A DNA stretch of 11,174 nt from an uncultured Deinococcales bacterium (GTDB lineage Bacteria; Deinococcota; Deinococci; Deinococcales; JAAFIG01). Below the pieces are notes generated by a model. It ran no database searches. It worked only from the letters and a program-made list of their open reading frames with translations, and was not told the DNA's origin. This document shows, piece by piece, positions 6,511 to 11,174 of the stretch (positions are counted from its first letter, which is position 1; each line of letters begins with the position of its first letter). The stretch lies in contig CAXTKV010000177.1 in NCBI GenBank assembly GCA_964244895.1, positions 1-11,174 of the forward strand, in the 5' to 3' direction. The position numbers and the translations under genes are program-made.

Positions 6511-7062
6511 TCAGTGGGCTAGGCGGTCGCGGGTGCCCATCAACTGCTCGATGGCTTCCGCCAGGTGCTCGTCGGTGATGTGGTGATCGCCGCGCGCGAC
6601 GCGCAACTGATGGGCTTTCATCAGCACGTCGGCGTCCCGGAAGCCGTCCGGGGTTTCAAACTTGTAGCAGGCCATTTCGACTTTCAGGCCGTTGGCATCC
6701 TGAAAGTAGATCGAATTCATGAAGCCCCGATCCCGCTCGATGAACTCGATGCCGCGCTGGTTCAGACGGGCCGGAATCTGCGTGAAGGTGGCCCTCGAGA
6801 CGTTGAAGGCGATGTGTTCGACGCAGCCGATCTCCCGCGGGGCGGGACGCTTGGCATCCTGTCTGCTTTCGTCGGTGAAGACCGTCAGCAGGCGGCCATC
6901 GCCGGGATCGAAGTACAGGTGGTTCTCGTCGGGTTTGCCCAGGTTGGGTTGCTCGAAGATGAACGGCATGCCCAGCAAACCTTGCCAGAAATTGATGGCG
7001 CTTTCTTTGGTCGAGCCGACGATCGTGATGTGGTGAACGCCTTGAACCTGAATTCTGTTCAT
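6511..7062 (-). CDS. VOC/glyoxalase-bleomycin resistance family protein
   Basis: GVHHITI…FWQGLLGM…HLYFDPGDGRLLTVF…EHIAFNV…SIYFQDANGLKVE, with His/His/Glu metal ligands. GAGAGGA RBS upstream. Confidence 0.9.
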   Translation of the reverse strand: MNRIQVQGVHHITIVGSTKESAINFWQGLLGMPFIFEQPNLGKPDENHLYFDPGDGRLLTVFTDESRQDAKRPAPREIGCVEHIAFNVSRATFTQIPARLNQRGIEFIERDRGFMNSIYFQDANGLKVEMACYKFETPDGFRDADVLMKAHQLRVARGDHHITDEHLAEAIEQLMGTRDRLAH

Positions 7063-7180
7063 CTTCGGTTCCTCTCAATCTGAAATGTGTTTCGGGAATC
7101 TCGAGGCCATCGAATACCATCTTGTCGCATTCTCGAGGGACAGTCCGGAAGGTTCCAGGTTTGGGTTCCCGAAGGGGCGC

Positions 7181-7221
7181 TTGACATAATTCCGACTAGA
7201 CAACTAGGATTACTCAGGATT
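7181..7221 (+). promoter_or_regulatory. Sigma70-type promoter with overlapping palindromic operator, upstream of the Fe-binding protein
   Basis: TTGACA(7181)-N18-TAGGAT(7205). Half-sites AATTCCGACT / AACTAGGATT / ACTCAGGATT. Confidence 0.7.
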
Positions 7222-7281
7222 CGCTTTTGCGAAGACTTCAAACCTAAAAAACCGCGTCGTGTGCGCGGTCGGAGGAACCCA

Positions 7282-8364
7282 ATGCCGAAATCTACCCTGC
7301 TGAAATCTGTTGCGCTCGGCCTGATCGCCGCGCTGACTGCCGTCCTCGTCTCGAGCCTGAACGCCGACGCGACCGGTGAAAGCATCACCGTCTACGCGGG
7401 TCGCTCCGAGGCGCTGGTCGAACCCCTGGTGGATGCCTTTCAGAAGGATTCGGGCATCAAGGTCAACCTGCGCTACGGCACGGACGCCGCCCTGTACGCC
7501 GCCCTGCAAGAGGAGGGCGCGCGCAGCCCCGCAGACTTGCTGTGGGCCAACACCTCCGGCCTGCTGGTGACCGCCGCCAAGCGCGGACTGACGGTCAAAC
7601 TGCCCGCCAGCATCACCGCTCGCCCACTCGAGTTCGTGCCCGCCAGCGGCCTGTGGACGCCGTTGTCGGTGCGCTTTCGGGTGCTGGCTTTCAATCCCAA
7701 AAAAGTCGAGCAGGCTGAACTGCCGGCCAGCGTGTTGGACGTGCCGAAGCTCACCAAATTCAAGGGGCGCATCGGTTGGACGCCGACCTACTCGAGCTTC
7801 CAGGATTTCGTGACGGCGCTGCGCGTCACGCAGGGCGAGGCCAAGACCAAGCAATGGCTGACCGACATGAAAGCCCTCGAGCCGAAGGCCTACACCTCGA
7901 ATTCCTCGATGCTCGACGCGATGCTGGCCGGTGAGATCGATGTCGCCCTGACCAACCACTACTACATCCAGCGCATCGTGGCCGGAATTGCGGAAGGCGA
8001 GTTCGAGCAGAAGGGCCTGGCGGCGGCGGAAAAGCCCAAAAGCGGCCTGGGCGACGTGATCGGATCGCACTTTTTCAGGGCCGGAGATATCGGCAACCTG
8101 GAACTGGTGACGGGCGCGGCGATCCTCAAGACCAGCAAGAAGGCCGCGACCGCCCAGAAGTTCCTTTCCTACCTGCTGTCCGCGAAATCTCAGCAGCTCA
8201 TGACATCCCGGATTCTCGAGTACCCGGTGGTGGGTGGCTTCAGCCTCCCCAAGAGCTTGCTGCCCGTGCAGGACGCAATCAAACGCAGCCCGAAGATCGA
8301 TTTCGAGAAACTGTCCGACCTGGACGGCACGCTGAAATTGTTGCGCGAGGCCGGATTGATCTAA
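7282..8364 (+). CDS. Fe3+ ABC transporter substrate-binding protein (FutA/FbpA family)
   Basis: ATG 7282 after GGAGG, with a signal peptide. Motifs ITVYAGRSE, EEGARSPADL, GRIGWTPTYSSFQ, GEIDVALTNHYY (tandem Tyr iron ligands) and EYP. Confidence 0.9.
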   Translation: MPKSTLLKSVALGLIAALTAVLVSSLNADATGESITVYAGRSEALVEPLVDAFQKDSGIKVNLRYGTDAALYAALQEEGARSPADLLWANTSGLLVTAAKRGLTVKLPASITARPLEFVPASGLWTPLSVRFRVLAFNPKKVEQAELPASVLDVPKLTKFKGRIGWTPTYSSFQDFVTALRVTQGEAKTKQWLTDMKALEPKAYTSNSSMLDAMLAGEIDVALTNHYYIQRIVAGIAEGEFEQKGLAAAEKPKSGLGDVIGSHFFRAGDIGNLELVTGAAILKTSKKAATAQKFLSYLLSAKSQQLMTSRILEYPVVGGFSLPKSLLPVQDAIKRSPKIDFEKLSDLDGTLKLLREAGLI

Positions 8365-8368
8365 ACCC

Positions 8369-8430
8369 GAAGACCGCCCCAGACGGTCTTCTCGAGATCG
8401 AGGAAACTGCGTCCGGGACGGTCTTCTTTT
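8369..8430 (+). terminator. Hairpin after the binding-protein gene (degenerate member of the REP-like family), followed by a T run
   Basis: GAAGACCG(8369) can pair with CGGTCTTC at about 8384-8391 or 8419-8426. The distal arm TGCGTCCGGGACGGTCTTCTTTT resembles the family right arm. Confidence 0.55.
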
Positions 8431-8449
8431 ACCCATCTCGGCGGGACGT

Positions 8450-8490
8450 TTGACAGAATCCTGAGTGCGACACTAGGATTAGTCGGCTTT
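8450..8490 (+). promoter_or_regulatory. Second, operon-internal sigma70-type promoter with the same operator, upstream of the permease
   Basis: TTGACA(8450)-N18-TAGGAT(8474). Palindrome AATCCTGAGT-N5-ACTAGGATT followed by AGTCGG. Confidence 0.7.
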
Positions 8491-8633
8491 AAGAAGAAAG
8501 CCGCCAGGAACGCGATTTCCTCGATCTCAGGAACGCGATCCAACGCCCGAGACTCAAATCCTGAAACCCAGAGGACACCATCGCCCAACCCGCCGCCAAA
8601 CCCAGAAGCATCGAGCGCCCGAGAACCAAGTCG

Positions 8634-10199
8634 GTGCGCGCTGGTCGCGGCGTACCGCGCGGATTTCTGGTGCCCGCCGCGCTGGCGGGCGCGGGCGTGC
8701 TGCTGCCGCTGGCCTACCTGGTTCTGCGCGCGCTCGAGGCGCAACCGGAGGCCCTGCGCGAGATCGTCTTCAGGGAACGCAACCTGTGGCTGTTGGGCAA
8801 CACGCTCTTGCTGACCGTCGGCGTGCTGATCGGCTCGAGCCTGATCGCGCTGCCGCTGGCCTGGCTGGTGGCCCGCACCGACCTGCCCGGACGCAAACTG
8901 ATCGTGCTGCTGGGCGTGCTGCCGCTGGCGGTTCCTGGCTACGTCGGCGCGTACGCGCTTTTGGGCGCGAGCGGATCGAACGGATTGATTCACGCCCTGA
9001 TCGGCCTGAACTGGCCGAGACCGAGCGGCTACTGGGGCGCGGTCGGCGTGCTGACGCTGTTCGCGTACCCGTATTTGTTTTTGAACCTCTGGACGGCCCT
9101 GCGCGGCCTCGACCCGAGCCTGGAAGAAGCCGCCGAGAGCCTCGGGAATGGCCCGTGGACGGTCTTTCGGCGCGTGGTGCTGCCGCAACTCAGACCCGCC
9201 TTTTACGCGGGCGGGTTGCTGGTCGGGCTGCACGTGCTGGGCGATTTCGGGGTGGTCAGCCTGATGCGCTTCGAGACGTTTAGCTACGCAATTTACCTGC
9301 AATACAGCGCCAGCTTCGACCGCGTCTACGCCGCCTGGTTGTGCCTGATGCTGATCTTTCTGACGGTTTCGTGCCTGGTGCTGGAAGCGCGCCTTCTTTC
9401 CAGCTTGCGCTTCGCGCGCGTCAGCTCCGGCGCGGCCCGGATGGCGGTTCCCGTCAAACTTCGCGCCTGGCGCTGGCCTTCGCTGGCCTTCGTGGCGCTG
9501 GTGGCGGGTGCGACCCTGATCGTGCCGCTCGGGACGGTCGGGTACTGGCTGGCGCGCGGCCTGGAGCGGGATTCCCTGAACGGTCTTCTGGGGGCACTCT
9601 TGAACAGCGCCCAGGCCAGCGCCCCCGCCGCCGCGATCGCCGCGTGCTTCGCGCTGCCGCTCGCGTACCTGGGCGTGCGCTTTCCCGGCGGGCTAAGCCG
9701 CACGCTGGAACGCGTGGCCTACCTGGGCTATGCCACGCCGCCCCTGGCGCTGGCGCTGGCGCTGGTGTTCTTCACGCTGCGGGCCGCGCCGTTCGCGTAC
9801 CAGACGCTGGGCTTGCTGGTGATCGCGTACGCGCTGCACTTCATGGCCGAAGCCATCGGCCCGATCCGCGCCGCGCTCTATCAGGCTCCGCCCAGGCTCG
9901 AGGAGGCCGCCAGAGGCCTGGGTTTGAGCGCCGCCGGAGCGTTCTGGCGCGCGACCTTCCCGCTGATCTCTCGGGGCGTGCTGGCCAGCCTGGCGTTCGT
10001 CTTCTTGAGCGCCATGAAGGAACTCCCGATCACGTTCCTGCTCTCGCCCGTCGGCTACGACACGCTCGCCAAGCGCGTCTGGGGCTACACCAGCGAAGCC
10101 ATGTTCGCCGAGGCCGCGCCCTACGCTCTGGTGATCGTCGCCATCAGCGCGGGTTTCGCGGCGCTGGTGCTGCAAGAACGGAAACTCGAGAAAACCTGA
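8634..10199 (+). CDS. Fe3+ ABC transporter permease (FutB/FbpB, two BPD_transp_1 halves); start uncertain (GTG 8634 or ATC 8580)
   Basis: LAWLVARTDLPGRK, LPLAVPGYVGAY, two EAA loops (LDPSLEEAAESLG; PPRLEEAARGLG), and FLSAMKELPIT. Confidence 0.92.
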   Translation: MRAGRGVPRGFLVPAALAGAGVLLPLAYLVLRALEAQPEALREIVFRERNLWLLGNTLLLTVGVLIGSSLIALPLAWLVARTDLPGRKLIVLLGVLPLAVPGYVGAYALLGASGSNGLIHALIGLNWPRPSGYWGAVGVLTLFAYPYLFLNLWTALRGLDPSLEEAAESLGNGPWTVFRRVVLPQLRPAFYAGGLLVGLHVLGDFGVVSLMRFETFSYAIYLQYSASFDRVYAAWLCLMLIFLTVSCLVLEARLLSSLRFARVSSGAARMAVPVKLRAWRWPSLAFVALVAGATLIVPLGTVGYWLARGLERDSLNGLLGALLNSAQASAPAAAIAACFALPLAYLGVRFPGGLSRTLERVAYLGYATPPLALALALVFFTLRAAPFAYQTLGLLVIAYALHFMAEAIGPIRAALYQAPPRLEEAARGLGLSAAGAFWRATFPLISRGVLASLAFVFLSAMKELPITFLLSPVGYDTLAKRVWGYTSEAMFAEAAPYALVIVAISAGFAALVLQERKLEKT

Positions 10200-10206
10200 T
10201 CTTCAA

Positions 10207-10254
10207 AAAACACCGTCCCACACGCTATCATCCTTGAAAACACCGTCTGGCACG
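10207..10254 (+). repeat. Two direct half-copies of the REP-like arm, 30-bp period
   Basis: AAAACACCGTCCCACACGC (10207-10225) and AAAACACCGTCTGGCACG (10237-10254). Confidence 0.75.
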
Positions 10255-10263
10255 AAAGAAATC

Positions 10264-11174
10264 ATGAGCCTGCTGACCGTTCAGAACCTGACCAAACGTT
10301 TTCATCCCGCCGCGCCGCCCGCCGTGAACGGCGTGTCGTTCAGCCTGGAATCCGGCGAGATCGTCGCGCTGTTGGGGCCGTCCGGCTGCGGCAAGACGAC
10401 CACCCTGCGCCTGATCGCGGGTTTCGAGCGGCCAGACGACGGTCAGATCGCGCTCGAGGGGCGCACGCTGGTCGGTGCGGCGCCCGGTGGACTGATCGCG
10501 GACGTGCCACCCGAAAAGCGCGGCATCGGCTTCGTATTTCAGGAGTACGCACTCTTTCCGCACCTGTCCGTGCTGGAAAACATCACCTTCGGCCTGAGCC
10601 ACCTGCCGCGCAAGGAGCGCCAGGAACGCGCCCGCGAGGTCATGGGGCTGGTCGGCATGACCGTCTTTCAGGACCGCAGCCCGCACCAGCTTTCCGGCGG
10701 CCAACAGCAGCGCGTGGCGCTGGCCAGGGCGCTCGCGCCGGGATCGAAACTGATTTTGCTGGACGAACCCTTCAGCAGCCTGGACGCGGGTTTGCGCTCC
10801 AGCACGCGCCTGGAAGTCAGAAAAATTCTCGAGCGCTCCGGTGCGACCGCGCTGATGGTCACGCACGACCAGGAGGAGGCCATGGCTTTCGCGGATCGGT
10901 TGATCGTCATGCGCGACGGTCGCATCGAACAGGACGGTACGCCCGAACGGGATTACATCGCGCCCAAAACCGCGTTCGTGGCCAGCTTCCTGGGGCGCAC
11001 CAATTTGATTCCCGCCCGCGCTGACGGCACGCGCGCCATGTCCGCCTTCGGGGAAGTCGCGCTCAGCGCGCCCGCCACGGGCAGCGTCATGCTCTCCATC
11101 CGACCCGAAGACCTGCGCCTCGCGCCGCCCGAATCTCTGGGCGGTCTGAGCGCCACCGTGACCGCCCGAGAATT
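10264..11174 (+). CDS. Fe3+ ABC transporter ATP-binding protein (FbpC/PotA family), truncated by the window edge
   Basis: Own translation: MSLLTVQNLTKRF…Walker A GPSGCGKTT, Q-loop VFQEYALFPHL, signature LSGGQQQRVALARAL, Walker B ILLDEPFSSLD, H-loop VTHDQEEA. Confidence 0.95.
   Translation, partial: MSLLTVQNLTKRFHPAAPPAVNGVSFSLESGEIVALLGPSGCGKTTTLRLIAGFERPDDGQIALEGRTLVGAAPGGLIADVPPEKRGIGFVFQEYALFPHLSVLENITFGLSHLPRKERQERAREVMGLVGMTVFQDRSPHQLSGGQQQRVALARALAPGSKLILLDEPFSSLDAGLRSSTRLEVRKILERSGATALMVTHDQEEAMAFADRLIVMRDGRIEQDGTPERDYIAPKTAFVASFLGRTNLIPARADGTRAMSAFGEVALSAPATGSVMLSIRPEDLRLAPPESLGGLSATVTARE

Noticed and set aside
7087..7281. 65-aa N-terminal extension of the Fe-binding protein
   Set aside because: It spans the promoter/operator; ATG 7282 has a GGAGG SD and begins the signal peptide.

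Overview
GC-rich bacterial chromosomal window, most likely Deinococcota. This is an inference from three leaderless TANNNT-N6-GTG genes, a Deinococcus-style 3D protein and the gene content. Genes in order: 5' part of a GH20 beta-N-acetylhexosaminidase (-, runs off the left edge, absent from the ORF track); a multi-TM membrane protein fused to a C-terminal HRDC-like domain (-); a secreted 3D-domain protein (+); a 55-aa two-helix membrane protein (-); a LolC/E-type ABC permease (+); an HxlR regulator (+); an alkaline-phosphatase-superfamily metalloenzyme (+); a VOC/glyoxalase protein (-); and an Fe3+ ABC system (binding protein, permease, ATPase running off the right edge). There is no CRISPR, integrase, transposase, tRNA or rRNA. 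The unusual content is mostly non-coding: (1) about 48 hand-counted copies of the palindrome CTCGAG, resembling a highly iterated palindrome (HIP); (2) a dispersed family of ~50-bp REP-like hairpins (AACACCGTCC...GGACGGTGTT); (3) a switch-like structured leader before the 3D gene; (4) a duplicated promoter/operator module on both sides of the iron-binding-protein gene; (5) a 24-bp tandem repeat that copies an ECF-like promoter; (6) a possible ATC start codon for the iron permease.
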